From contig OX597815.1 in the NCBI GenBank assembly GCA_951406725.2, positions 159,960,001 through 160,024,000 on the forward strand: DNA of 64,000 nucleotides. The letters run 5' to 3'. The notes beneath the pieces were generated by a model. It saw only the letters and a list, made by a program, of their open reading frames with translations, did not search any database and was not told the origin of the DNA. This document shows, one piece after another, positions 24,396-37,789 of the stretch. Source of the stretch: Octopus vulgaris (lineage: Eukaryota). Position 1 is the first letter of the stretch. Every line of letters starts with the position of its first letter. The translations under genes were made by a program, and so were the position numbers.

Positions 24396-25835
24396 TATAT
24401 ATATATATGTAATATGCATATAATATGTATATACCATCAAAGGTGATTGCGTTTTTTAGTTGTATTTGATCATTTTATAATTATAAGATTTTGACTTCAT
24501 GCGAAATATGCTTTCAATTTAGTGCATTTCATACATTTTTTAATTTGATTTTTGAAAGAAATGATCAAATGCAATAATTTTAATTTGTTTATTTTCAGTT
24601 TTAAGAATGATGTATTTTTTTTAGTTTAGATTCATAAAAATTTGCTTGTTAAGCTATAAAAAAAAAAATTTCATAAAAAATTTCCTAAAATAATTGTCTT
24701 CCATCACCACCAATTATAATGTCACACTCCAATATTTTTGCATTAAGTCATGGATACATATCAGCTTGGTGATTTTTATACACATACATGCATATATACA
24801 GCTATATGTGTTTAGCATTTTTAACTCTGAATGTATTTATATGCATATTTGTATGAATACATACATATGTGTGTGTATGCATGGTTTCCACCCCTCTACT
24901 TTCATAACTATAGATATATGTATTCTTGATATCAGTGCATAATATAAGTAAAGCTGAATACAATTTCCTTGTCAGTCTTTTGAAGTTGTCCCTAAAACTC
25001 CTTAACACTCAGAATTTTGAAATGCAAAAATGATTTCAGATAATCAGCAAACACAAGGAATTGCTCATTAGAAGATCAAACATACAAGGAATTGCTAAGC
25101 TGATAATTTTAGTCCTGGACAAACCAATTATAGGTAATAGTAAAAGCATAACAATATCTTCTTAAATATTTGCCAAAAGTCAATAGTAATAATAATAATA
25201 ACGATGATAATGATGATGATAATAATAATGATGATGATAATATGGTTTCAAATTTTTGACAGTGCAAGCAATTTTTGGGGGAGTGGGTAAGTTGATTACA
25301 TTTAACCCCAGTACTCAATTGGTACTTATTTTATCAACCCCAAAAAGATGAAAGGCAAAGTCAACTTCAGCAGCATTTGATTTCAGAACGTAAAGACAGA
25401 CAAAATGCCACTAACAATCATGGAGATGAGTTGAAAACATTAACTGCAGTACTGAAATGGTACATATTTTATTGACCCAGAAAGGATGAAAGGCAAAGTC
25501 GACCTCGGCAGAATTTGACATTGACTTTCATAATTTCTGGGTCAATAAAATATGTAATAATAATAATAATAATAACAATAATGGTTTCAAATTTTGCCAC
25601 AAGGGCAGCCAATTTGGTGGAGGAGATGTGTTGATTACATCAACCCAGTGTTCAACTGGTACTTAATTTCTCGACCCCAATAGTATGAAAAGCAAAGTTG
25701 ACCTCTGCAGAATAATAATAATTATAGTAACAATAATACTAATGAAGTTTGTCACAATCAGAAGATGAAATCAAATTCAAATCAATCAGAAAATATTAAT
25801 AATGATGATAATAATTATAATAATAATAATGATAA

Positions 25836-26203
25836 AAACAACAAGAGCACTCAGAGAGCATAAACCTCTGCCAAGGCAACACCAACATCCTCTCAATGTC
25901 TAGCCAGAGATGATTTTTAAAATTAGGATATCTGAAATAAACTTGACTGTTCTCACAAATGAAAATACTAAAAAGAACCTGACTGCACTCAAAACTTAAG
26001 TAAAAAAATCAGGAAAAATAATCCAGAATCCTGGTCTAGTACCAAATCAATCCCAAAATCTATTCAGTTCATGCCAGCCATGAAGCCAAACATCCCTGAA
26101 AGTTTCATTCAAATCAATCCAGGCGGTTTTTGTGATATCTTGTACATGGACAAACAAACATGGAAAAAAAATACATCCGCCTTCATTAAGGCGGAGGTAA
26201 TAA
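25836..26203 (+). mobile_element. Non-autonomous Helentron-like (HINE/DINE-1-like) element
   Basis: 5' AACAAGAG.., subterminal ACCTCTGCCAAGG, (ACAA) microrepeat and terminal hairpin CCGCCTTCATTAAGGCGG followed by AGGTAATAA. Confidence 0.6.
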
Positions 26204-26685
26204 TTGTGTGTAAATTTGGGGCTAGAGAGAGGCAAGATGTGGTATGAGCATAAACTGCTGAGAGTGGCAGAGTTAGAGACTTGCAAAATCCTCTGGGATT
26301 TCCCAATCCAAACAGATCAGGTGCTAGAACAGAACAGACCATACCTAGTGGTGGTTGACAAGATGCACAACGTGCTACATAGTTGATGTTGCAGGCCCTT
26401 TTGGCCTACAAATAGTCAAGATTGAAGGCAAAAAAATAGATAAATACCATCCTCTTAAGTACGAAATAGCCTGGCTATGGAAAATGAAGAAGGTGAAGAT
26501 AGTACCAATAATTGTTGAGTCCTTGGAGACAGTATCAGAAGGCATCAAGAGGAATATAAAGGAAATAGGAATAGTGTGCCCAGTAGAACAATTACAAAAG
26601 GTTTGCTTCCTTGGCACAGTCAGAATAATTAGGAACGTATTAAGTAGTTGAAAAGAACAGTTATCAATAATAATAATAATAATAA
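26204..26685 (+). mobile_element. R4/Dong-type non-LTR retrotransposon 3' end (restriction-like endonuclease), frameshifted
   Basis: WYEH..KILWDFPIQTD..NRPYLVVVDK / CYIVDVAGP..KIDKYHPLKYEI..LW..VPIIVESLETV..LQKVCFLGTVRIIRNVL*, followed by an (AAT)n tail. Confidence 0.88.
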
Positions 26686-28559
26686 CAGTTTCAAACTTTG
26701 ACACAAGGACTGTAAGATTGGGAAAAGGGTAAGTTAGTTACATTTTCCTCACCAGTCATCAACTGCTACTTATTTTATTGACCTCAAAAGGATGGAGATA
26801 TATGAAGTTAGAACATAAGGACGGATGAAATGACACTAAACAGTTTGCCTGGCATGTTAATGATTCTGCCACCTTGACGATGATGATGATGATAATTTCT
26901 AATTTATGTTGAAGGCTAGTAGTTTTGAGAAGAAGGGGATAGTTGTTGCCATTGATCCTAATATTTGACTGGTGCTTTATTTTATCAAACCCCAAAATGA
27001 TGAAAGGCAAAGTTGATCTCAGCAGAATTTGAACTCAGAATGTAAAGGGGTAGAACAAATGCCACATTACCACACGGCATTTTATTCCGACACTTAAAGG
27101 ACTTTGCCAATCCACTGTATGATGATGATGGTAGTGGTGGTAGGAGTGGTGGTGGCGGTGGTAGTGATGATATATATATATAGGGAGTATTTCAAACAGA
27201 TTGATGAAGTTGCTGATTTGATAAAATCCTGGATAGCAAAATCAGATCAAAGCCTTTGAAAGTGGCTCTAAAATCTGACTACATCAAATTCCATATAGAT
27301 AAGACCATTGAATCACTATTATGTAGGATGAAAATACAGCACATGTGGTAAAAATAGCAATAAACTGGCTCAATATGAATATAAAAGAAGTGATATTATA
27401 GCTCAGTTCGTCTATGGCAAATTGAATGAGAATTTATGTTAGAAAGAGAGAGAAGGAGAGGGAGGGAAAGAGGGGGGAGAGAGAGAGAGAACAAGGAAAT
27501 AATATGAACACTAAGCTTGGTGTATACATGAATCTAAAGACAGCAAAACTCTTTAGGACATTAACACCCTATGTGACCATATGATAAAGAGAAGAAAAGC
27601 AGATATTGATGTGGGAAACAAGAAGGAAATACTGTGCACAAGCATTGATTGCTATTGAAGTTCAGTGAATGAAACAAATTTAATATTTATAACATACCTA
27701 TTTATATAATATTTGGTTTCGTTGTAGTTAAATATATTATATGCCATGTGACCAGGAGAGAGCTTCTGATGCTGGAACTGGCAGTTAATTCTCCCTCATA
27801 TCAGACTTAATTGTTTAAAAGAAAAAAAGACAAAGGACACATTGATTAATTTTGTTTAAGATACAGTGTCTTTGCAAAACGAAGAATGAGATAGAAATAC
27901 TCTATCGGACCATATGATAGAGAGAAAGAAAGCAGATCTTGCTATGAAGAACAAAGAAGAAATATTGGTTTCTAATTTTAGCACAAGGCTAGCAACATGA
28001 GGGAAGGGAGTAAGTCGGTTACTCAACTTATTTTATCAACCCTGAAAGGTAAAATTGACTGCAGCAAAATTTGAACTCAGACCATAAGGGCAGATGAAAT
28101 ACTGCTAAGTATTTTGCCTGGTATGCTAACAGTTCTGCCAACTCGCTGCCATATATCAAGAAAGAAATATTGTGTAAAAGAACTGTTATTATTGTTCAGT
28201 GAATGAAGACAAATTTAATATTCCTAACATACTTATTTATATGTTTATATATATATTTTGGTTTGTTATGGTTAAATACATTACGTGGCATGAGTCAATA
28301 AAGGAGCAACAGCTGCTGCAAATGATGCCTAATTCTCCCTCATATTAAACATGATCATCTTAAAACAAAGAATGGTTACAGTAGAAAGCATTTACTCAAA
28401 GTTCTGATGCGTATGATCAAACACAGAACTACATGACTACAAAATATACATCTCACTTGCAGTCATACCAGCACTCTCTCAACCACAAAACTGGGCTTGT
28501 TTAGTAATTATGTTGTATTATAGAACTGTAATTAATTTACAATTCATATTATATCATAT

Positions 28560-28790
28560 ATCATCATCATCATTTTAACACCTAATTTTTGAAACTTGCA
28601 TGGGTCAGACAGAATTTGTAGAGGCAAATTTTCTATAGCTGGATGCCCTTCTTATTGTCAAACCTCAGTTTCCAAACAAAATGATATTTCCCCATGACAA
28701 AATATGTTTTCATAGAAAACTGGAATTAATTAACACTATGTTTATGACAATGGCATTCGTTTATAACTATGATACAATGAGGCACAAACA
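28560..28790 (-). mobile_element. SINE-like family F sharing the RTE 3' tail
   Basis: (CAT)n..GCATGG..GCTGGATGCCCTTC tail joined to a distinct body; second copy at 37070-37320. Confidence 0.6.
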
Positions 28791-28859
28791 CACATATGCA
28801 TGCATGTGTGTGCACATACGTACATACACATGTATGGATATGTTAGTAGAAAGCTCTAT

Positions 28860-29620
28860 GATGATAGAAACATTGATCATCAAATCAGTTTATCATGGAC
28901 CACCAACCAGATTACTACCTCCCACTTTCAAGGGGATATGTTTGCAATCCAGGAACAGAAAATACCAACCAATTACTTGATGCACTAAATGGACAGAGAT
29001 GCAGGAAAAGCAGTAAAATGTGACAAATGATGTAGACTTTGTGGAGTTAACATCGAAAATATTATTCACATCATAAGCAGTTGTCCAAAAATGTTATCAT
29101 GGTATTATGTACTGATGAGGCATGATGTAGCTAGGACACCATATAATTAAATCTGTCGGAAGGATAACTCTGAGGACAAAGATATGAGACTCCACAGTAT
29201 GGTAGAAGCTATAGTCACTCATAATAAACAGGAGTACTGCTGGAACGTCCCGGTGAAGACCTCAATAAAATTTAAACATGATTGACCTGACATAGTCATT
29301 TGGGATAGAGAAGAGAAACTGTGTACAGTTGTGGAAATCAGCCACCAAGTGGATGTTGACATAAAGCTGAAGATCAGTGAAAAAGAGAATACCTACACTG
29401 AACTATTGAGAAATCTGCAGTTACTCTATCTAGATTACAAGTTCAGATTTATATTTGTAATTATTGGGGCACTGGGATATGTAACACACTGCCGAAATAC
29501 CAATTGTGAGAAATTAAGCTTCTCAAAACCAGAAAGGAGAAAGCTGATTTGAAGACTACAGATCCATCCCATCAATGGACCTGTAAAAATCTGTAAAACT
29601 TTCCAGAAGTTTATCAGTTA
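28860..29620 (+). mobile_element. R4/Dong-type LINE remnant (CCHC knuckle + RLE), multiple stops
   Basis: FAIQEQKIPT..CRLCGVNIENIIHIISSCP..RHDVA..WNVPVKT..HD*PDIVIWDREEK..VVEIS..EKENTY..IIGALG..GPVKICKTF. Confidence 0.85.
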
Positions 29621-29652
29621 AGTATATATGAGCATGTATAGATATGCAACTT

Positions 29653-30057
29653 ATGGGGTTGGCAACTAAGTTCCCACTGTTTTTTTTAAACTTTGGAATT
29701 TACTGCATTTTTAAACTTTGGAATCTATTTCTTTTGAGAATTCTATTTTTGAATCATTTGGAATCTTTTTTTTTCTAGTTAATTTTAGTTAATTTTCAGA
29801 TCATTAAAATGGAATGTCAAGTTAAGAAAAATGAGCATTTTTGACACCTCCTTCCTTTTGCTTTTAATCAAGGTTCTAAGGCTGCAAAAGCTACTCACGA
29901 CATTTGTGTTGTGTAAGGAGAGGGTGCCATAGATGAAAGAACTGCTCGTGATTGGTATGCCAAGTTCAAAAATAGAAATTTTGACCTCAAAGACGTGCCT
30001 CGTTATGGCTGTCCAGTTGAGTTCGATGAAGAGCAATTAAACCAACTTTTGCATGAA
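29653..30057 (+). mobile_element. Mariner transposon 5' fragment (TIR + HTH of transposase)
   Basis: TA-TGGGGTTGGCAACTAAGTTCCC terminus; MECQVKKNEHF*HLL..FNQGSKAAKA..DICVV*GEGAIDERTARDWYAKFKNRNFDLKDVPRYGCPVEFDEEQL. Confidence 0.88.
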
Positions 30058-30244
30058 AGTACCTACATAAAACAAAACATACAAATCTGCATGTATACAT
30101 ACATACATACAAAAATACCCTGTTGATGTTGTTGAAATTCCAATGAAGGAATCTTGGATCTAAGTTAGAAACCAGCACTTTCTCTATTGGCAAGAAATCT
30201 TGAAATAAACTGAATAATGACATGCATATATATTTTCTTCCCAT

Positions 30245-30640
30245 GAGGCATGACATGATGACCAGAACAGTCTGGAGCAGGATAACAAAAATGAAAATAT
30301 TGGTGCATCAAAAATGTTGGTGGAACTTAAAAATTTAAAAAGCCACCAAGTTAAAATTGTTGTGTGAGGCTGTAAAGAAAAAATATGTTCTGGACATGAA
30401 TATGGTTTAGAAAACTACAAGAGAAAGGGGACGTCTGTGGACCATTGGTAAGTACCTAAAATACACTTTCAACTTCGTACCTATTATTATTGGAGCAACA
30501 AGGTACATACCAACCTGTCTGGAGCAAAGTATGGTTGAACATGGGATTTGGGGGAGAGAATGCAAATCATTAATTCATATGCTACGAATGATCATGATAT
30601 CTGGGACGATAAAAATCTGCAAGTCCTTAAGATTTAAAGG
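30245..30640 (+). mobile_element. Second R4/Dong-type RLE remnant
   Basis: ..YTFNFVPIIIGATRYIPTCLEQSMVEHG..ECKSLIHMLRMIMISGTIKICKS, homologous to the end of 28860-29620. Confidence 0.7.
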
Positions 30641-32133
30641 AAAATGTTTAAAAGAAGATACTTTCCTTCATTACCTTTAACTGATGCATAGTCTTAGCCC
30701 ACGCCCATGCATTCTGTAAACGACCGTCACCTGTCAGTCAGCAAAGCTAATTCAGTGTCATCTTGTCTCACCTAGTGATGTTATTTTCTGCTGGCATGTT
30801 ATGACTTTCAAGCCATTTTTGGTCTTCTCACTTATCAGCTCCAAAAAGATGAAAGCCAAAGCCAACCTAGGTGGAATTTGAACTCAGAAAGTAAAGATGG
30901 ACAAAATACCACTAAGCCCAGTGTGCTAATGATTCTGTCAGTTCACCACTGTATGAGTACTAAATATTAAAGTTTAACTATGAGATATGTTGAGCACACA
31001 CTCACCTCTGAAAGCAGTAGTGCACAAAATATGTGGAGGTAAGTTCCAGTAAAAGATGTAGTAGCGAACATGTTAAAAGAAATGAGAAACAGAAAATATG
31101 ATTTATTCCTGTTGTGATAAAATTAACCATATTCAGCTTTCCTTGGTATATCTTTTCTTATTCACTAAAGCCATGCTAAGATATTTGTAACACTGTTGTA
31201 TTAGAATAGGATTTGCTTATCTGCACTTCTCATGTAGCCCATAAAATAAAAAAAAATATCTAATATTCACTGGACATTTGCTGAGATGACACCTTTACAT
31301 AATAGAAAAGTTAAAAGGAAAGAGAATAGGAAAACACTGATTATAAAATCTGTGAGTCAGCCAGTCATTGGCATGGTGATGCATGGCACTTAACAATAGT
31401 ATTAAGATACAGGAAAATATGTTTTTTCCCCACTTTTTTTTTTTTTACTTAGGAAGATACCATATTTTATAATCAAAAACAAAGATAAAGAATGGATTAT
31501 AAGAGAGAGGGAGATAGAATGTGAGATGATGTAGGTTTCATGATGCCATGTACTAGAGGTAATAAACAGCATGAAAATTGTGTGTTGTGATGACTCAACA
31601 TAAGATATCTAAATATGAGATGAACTGTTGTTGTTGTTAATATTTTTCTGAACTTACTAACTTCATCTTCAGAGTTATATACTTACTTACAATATTTATA
31701 TACCCCACATTATTATTGATCAATCCAATTTCCAATCATCATCAGGTGTTTCATTCCTGAATATATCTATATATATATATACTTGGCTCAACCTGGATTA
31801 AAACTAGGAACTTTTATTCCTAAGCTAAGAGAGCATTGTACATATGCAAGAATAAAAACTGATTGAAATGCAGCGTAAACAAACACAGGTGCAGGTATGG
31901 CAGGGTGGTTAAGAAGTTCTCTTGCACTGGCATGGTTCAGGTTCAGTCCTACTTTATTGCAACTTGAAGTGTCTTCTACTATAGCTCTTGGCTGATTGCT
32001 GCTATGTGAGGGAATGTGGAAGATAGAAAGTGTGCGGATAGTCATACACACATGCATTTATATAAAACTATAGTGATGCAGATAAACATGATTGGGTTTG
32101 ATATATATTAATATACATACATATACACATGTT

Positions 32134-32174
<41 letters not shown>

Positions 32175-32334
32175 ATCCATGCTGTAAGAATCCTGCCATA
32201 ATAGTCACAGAAGTCTGGTGCAGGCTTCTGCCTGGATGGCTCCTATCAAACCATCCCAACCTTGCCAGCATGGAAGGCAGACGTTAAACAATGATGATAT
32301 ATACGTATATATCCATATATATCTTATACATAAA

Positions 32335-33400
32335 TGGCAATTTCTATCTGTCTCTCTGTCTATTACACTCTTGCTGCCCAAACCAGGGAACTAATCTTCA
32401 CCAAACTTTGTATACATGTTGAACTAATATCCAGTTCAATTATAGGCTAATTGGATTTCAATAAAAATCAATAATGAACCATCTATAGGAGTTCGGCTAT
32501 TACATGATAAAATGAGAGGGGTCCAAAAGTGTTAAGTTTAGGGAAATGTGGAATAATGAGGGTAACTGATATCAAGGAAGAGGAGGAGACAGAAAGAGAT
32601 AGATACACAGAAAATGTGTGATACAGATAGAGTGAACGACAGACAGAAACACTTCCATATATATAAAAGAAAGGTTAGTATGTGTGTGTGTGTGTGTATC
32701 TTCCTTATGCTTTCGAAAACCGAGTTGCTAATTTTGATGTATAGGGTATAAAAAAATTCAGTAATCTTAAAACTACCAAATAAACCTTATTTTCATTTAT
32801 ATATTTGCATTACAAATATTTTACATTATAATCTTTTCTATGAGTCAACAATCGTAAATATTTTACATTATAATCTTTTCTATGAGTCACAATCATAAAT
32901 ATTTTATACCACAGCGACAACGATGGCGATGTCACATTTTCTATATGGGTGTGTATCTTAAAAAACAACCATTTCTCTATGTTATGAGGAAATACAGTCA
33001 CTCCCTCTCTCCCTCACATGCACATGCATACGTATATATAAAAATCTGTGCATGTGTATTTATATATGTGTATATGAAAGATGTGTGTGTTACAGAGTGA
33101 GAGACCGAGTGTGTGCCACTTGCACGTTCATGACAAAATATACTTTCGCCCACTCATTCTATCCTGCCTTCTTTCTTTCTCTCTTGCACATGCAAACACA
33201 CACACACACACACACGTCCATTTCATATAAATATACATACATCTTTCACTTTCTGCTCTCACTTCAAAGCAAATGTAACCTTTCACTTTCTCCTCTCTTT
33301 CAATTTCTGCCCTCTTCAAAGCATAAAGAACTAAAACGTTTTACAGAAATTAACGAACAATCATATGATCCCATATGATCGAGCTTATGATCAAGTTGAT
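32335..33400. mobile_element. Probable non-autonomous Helitron-like element, decayed
   Basis: CTATCTGTCTCTCTGTC..CCAAACCAGGGAACTAATCTTCACCAAACTTTG motif typical of such elements; boundaries uncertain. Confidence 0.4.
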
Positions 33401-33767
33401 AACTTTACTGCTTCAAACGAAAGAACGCCATAAAATAATTTCCTTTGGCACACATGCAGGCATGCACACACACACACTGTATGAATTATGGTAAAACTTC
33501 TGTATGAATTATGTTATTTCTTGCTATGTGTATGAGCAAAATTACAGCTGAAATCCAATTGAAATCACCTTTTTCTATTCTGTAATTCATGTTTGTGATG
33601 AGTGTAGTTAAAAACCTAATCTTTGGTATAAATTCAAAAAGAAGTTCTCCCAGAATACCTGTCCTTTACCTTGTGTTTCTAGTATGTCCCTGGTGACATT
33701 TGACCCTGCTCACCACCAATTTTTTCTTAAATTTCTTCTGATTCCTATGTTTTCAATACAAGAGATT

Positions 33768-34390
33768 AAAATTTCATCCAAAAAACCATATTCTCAATAT
33801 TTTAATTTTCTCCCTCCCCATCTCAGTTTCTTCATTTTTTTACTTTTTCTAGATTATTTTCTTGGTAATCCACGACGAAAAAACTGAGTACAAATTTTGA
33901 AGAATTTTCTTCTTTCTTTTTCTTAAAGAAACACTAAAATCTCTTTCCCAAACATCCACCCATCACCTCATGACTTTCAAAAAGCTACAAACTCCCAATG
34001 ATTCACTTTTTACTTTTTGGAAAGTGGGGAAGTTTCTTCAGAAATAATGTCGTTAACCTGTTGTTTCTAGCATGTCAGGTTTTCTGGTGGTACTCTAATA
34101 TTTTTATACGCATGTGTGAAACATCAGATGAAAGTGAAACATTAGGTGTTTTTAGCTTTTTGAAAGTGGGTAGGTGATTGGTGTGTGAGGTGGGGGAAGA
34201 GACATTTAGTGTTTCTTTCTTTAAGAAAAATTAAACTTTAAAAAATATATATATTTTCCAGATTCATAATCTCTGTATTTTTCTATATGGATAAAAAAAA
34301 TAGAAATTAATAAAAAAAATACAAATTAAGAAATTGCGTTGGGGATGGGGGAAACTAAAATTTTGAAAATGTGATTTTGGGGCAAAATTG
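33768..34390. mobile_element. Decayed MITE-like long imperfect inverted repeat
   Basis: AAGAAACACTAAAAT..ACTTTCAAAAAGCTA (33926-33987) mirrors TAGCTTTTTGAAAGT..TTTAGTGTTTCTT (34153-34217); outer CCCCATC/GATGGGG. Confidence 0.45.
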
Positions 34391-34654
34391 TATTAACCTC
34401 CAATTTATAAGATGAAGCAATACATAGTTTGTTATCCTTCTTAAGAACAGAAATCACTTTCATGCAAACCCATACAAATTGTACCTTCTATGCTTCACTT
34501 TTAAACAAACAATAACTTCCATTATGCCAGTAATTCAGTTCACTATATATCAGCTGTGCTGATTCTGCCCATAAGAAAAGAACAAATAATACAATATAGC
34601 TGTATTATTGTATATAGCTGTAGGTCATAACACCTGAGCAATGCTGATATATAT

Positions 34655-35077
34655 CATCATTATCATTGTCTAACGTCCGCTTTCCATGCTAGCATGGGTT
34701 GGATGATTTGACTGGGGACTGGTGAACCAGATGGCGGCACCAGGCTCCAATCTTGATCTGGCAGAGGTTCTACAGCTGGATGCCCATTCTAACACCAACC
34801 ACTCCTAGAGTGTAGTGGGTACTTTTATGTGCCACCAGCATGAGGGCCAGTCAGGCAGTACTGGCAATGGCCATGCTCAAATGGTGTTTTTTTACATGCC
34901 ACCTGTACAGGAGCCAGTCCAGTGGCACTGGCAATGACCTCGCTCAAATGTTTTTCCATGTGCCAGTAAGGCGACGCTTGCAGCGATCACGCTCAAATGG
35001 TGCTTTTTATGTGGTACCGGCACAGAAGCCAGTTAGCCGCTCTGGCAACAATCACGCACGAATGGTGCTCTTAGCGC
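34655..35077 (-). mobile_element. RTE LINE 3' end with subrepeat VNTR
   Basis: Same tail and subrepeats as 7588-8030. Further tails at 38120-38278, 44505-44760, 45211-45610, 52293-52600, 57830-58087, 60530-60810. Confidence 0.8.
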
Positions 35078-35084
35078 TCAAATG

Positions 35085-35300
35085 TGACCGTGTATGTACC
35101 GTTGGCGATTTTTTTTCCTCCGTCTTCCCTTCTCAGGATCTTTCCTTTTCCTATGCTTCTGACTAAGAGCTCCACTCGAAATGTAAAACCCTCCTTCTTC
35201 CCTTCCTTCCTGAGCGTCCAATAATACTATATTTGTTCCACGTCCTCGCGTTGTTGTGTTTTCTCTTAGTGTTTTCATGTTTGGATTAACTTTATATATA
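35085..35300 (+). mobile_element. Short pLTR-like cassette with compact hammerhead motif (degenerate)
   Basis: CTGACTA-AGAGCTCCACTC-GAAATGTAAAA at 35159-35188; homologous to 38921-39110; ends in (TA)n. Confidence 0.6.
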
Positions 35301-35648
35301 TATATAGTTGAAGGATTAAAATTAATCAAAGGACATACTAAGTATGTCTACAAGCTGGAAATAACAGTCAAAACTCTTATTTAAATCGCCAAAAATACAC
35401 TGATGATAACTACAGAAATCAACAGATTGAGGATCAGGTTAATTACACCTTCTAATGTACATTTAAGTATTTGGGCTCAAGTGGCCTGGTCTCTGCACTT
35501 GCAAAAAATTTGCCTTAGCTTCTTCAGCACATGTTACCATGATAGAGACCCCCAACCTATTGTATTGAAGTTTGCACTGTAACTGATTCGTTTTGTGCCA
35601 AAATCAATTACAGCCACCAATGAGGAAATACTCTGGTATGACTATTTC

Positions 35649-35746
35649 ATTATCTGGTATGATTATTTTAAAAAATGATAATAACAGAATCAATAATATT
35701 ATTGATTCTGTTATTATCATTTTTTGAAATAATCATACCAGATAAT
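35649..35746. repeat. Spacerless ~98-bp palindrome
   Basis: ATTATCTGGTATGATT..CAATAAT|ATTATTG..AATCATACCAGATAAT with one mismatch. Confidence 0.92.
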
Positions 35747-35841
35747 AACAAAATTAATAATATCTTAGCAAATTAATTTTTCAGGAATTATTTTTTCTCG
35801 TGAATTGGTTGCCCTTGTATTGAGTATATATATATATATAT

Positions 35842-36462
35842 ACTAGTAGCAGAGGCACCCCGTGTTGTCTGGGAATGAAATATTTCCTTACATGTTTGAA
35901 GAAAAATGTGAAATATATAGTATAGAAATTTGTTATTCTAAATTCAATTTATTCTTCAATTATGATATAATTTATTCTTTAATTGGGAAATCAATTCTGA
36001 ATTCATAATACAAAATAATAATAATAATAATAAACAAAAATACAAAATTTACCACTTTTATGAAAGGAAATTCTACCACATATGTTGAAGGAAATTACGT
36101 AAGAGCTTCTGGGTAAACAACATTCTATGTTTTCTGGTTTGGAGCTTAGACAAATGAGTCTTGCAAACTACCTACCCTGGAGCAACCAACATAAAGTTGA
36201 CCATGAGAAAAGCAGACCAGTAGATTTCAAAGACTAACCTTGAGCTTTATTAATAGACATTGCAAAGCAAAGTTGTACTGTGAATTGTGTTTGTTTGAAC
36301 TCAAATGGCATATCTGTTGTTTTGATTGGAATTCATGGAATGAAAACCTCTTCCCCAGTGGCACATCCAGTGATGATGGCAGCTTCTGTCACATTAGGTG
36401 ATAACGTCTTCACAATCAACCCTGTACCAATGCATAATTTAGGAGGATCTAAATTCCTTAAA
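35842..36462 (-). mobile_element. Helitron 3' fragment: Pif1-like helicase C-terminus and CTAG terminus
   Basis: Minus strand reads RNLDPPKLCIGT..EVFIP*IPIKTTDMPFEFKQTQFTVQLCFAMSINKAQG*SLK..CFSHGQLYVGCSRVG..NVVYPEALT*. Degenerate subterminal hairpin and CTAG end at ~35843. Confidence 0.9.
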
Positions 36463-37789
36463 AGCATTTTATATATATATATATTTTGGGAGATAGAAAC
36501 TGAAAATATTCAGATGGAAACTCATTTATAAGCATTGCAGATATTTATATATTTACAAAATAAATTTACATGGAGTGCCTTTTCTTCACTTCTTCTCTGG
36601 ATCTCACCTGTTGATACTATATAAAACTGTATATACATATGTATATATATATATATGTGTGTGTGTCTGTGTATTTCTTTGTTTGTCCCTACCACCACTT
36701 GACAGCTGGTATTGGTTTGTTTACGTCCCCATAACTTGGTGGTTCAGCAAAATATTCTGATAGACTTTAAGAATAAGTAGTGGGGTTAATTTGCTTGACA
36801 AAAGCCTTCAAGATGGTGCCCCAGCATTGCCATAGTCCAATGACTAAAGCAAGTAGAAGACAAATACTGTAAAAATTAGAAATTAAAATCATAATCAAAG
36901 TACTTTCAGGATAAAATATATTGTAGAATGATGTCTCCTTTGTACTTAGCAAAATCACAAAAGTGAAATGATTAATTTCTTATGTTATCGTTAGGTCAAA
37001 CAATTCATTGGAAAGATTTATGGTTGATTAAATTAATTTACAAAATATCATTGGTACATTTTTCATTTGTCATCATCATTGTTTTAACATCCACTTTTTG
37101 ATGTTTGCATGGATCATACAGAACTTTGTTGAGATAGATTTTCTATGGCTGGATGCTCTTTCTGTCATCAACCCTCACCTGTTTCCAAGTAAGGTAATAT
37201 TTCCCCATATTCAGACATATTTTCATAGAAAGATTGGGAACGGAGATCAATGCTTTTGCGATGGTGACATTTGTTTATAACTATCACATGGTGAGATGAC
37301 AAGGAGACAGTGACATGCACACACAAATGCACAGTCACATACACATATACATACAACAAGCTTCTTTCAGTTTCTCTCTACCAAATCCCCTTGCAAGGCT
37401 TTGGTTACCCCAGAGTATAGCAGTGGGCACCTACCCTGTAGGATTGAACCCAGAACCATGTTGGGAAACAAAATTCTTGCCACACCGCTATGCCTGTACC
37501 TATACCACTTCTATAACTATTTTTCATGAACCTTGTGAAAATGAAATGTGAAATTAATCCTTTATATAAATTATAAAGATACTATTTCTAATAAAGCACA
37601 TAGCTACAAGTTTAGGGGAAGAGGTAAATTATATATATTAAATTAACTCCAGTACTTGACCGGTATTGTATTTTATTGACCCCAGAAGAATGAAAGGTAA
37701 GGTTGATCTCAATAGAATTGAAACTCAGAATATAAAAGCCTACGGTATTTTTTGATGTTATTATTTGACCTTCCAAATCTGCCTTTCAC

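Noticed and set aside
30139-30178. Hammerhead-like CCAATGA..GAAACCAGC in the R4-type 3' UTR
   Set aside because: Core deviates at several positions and stems are not convincing.
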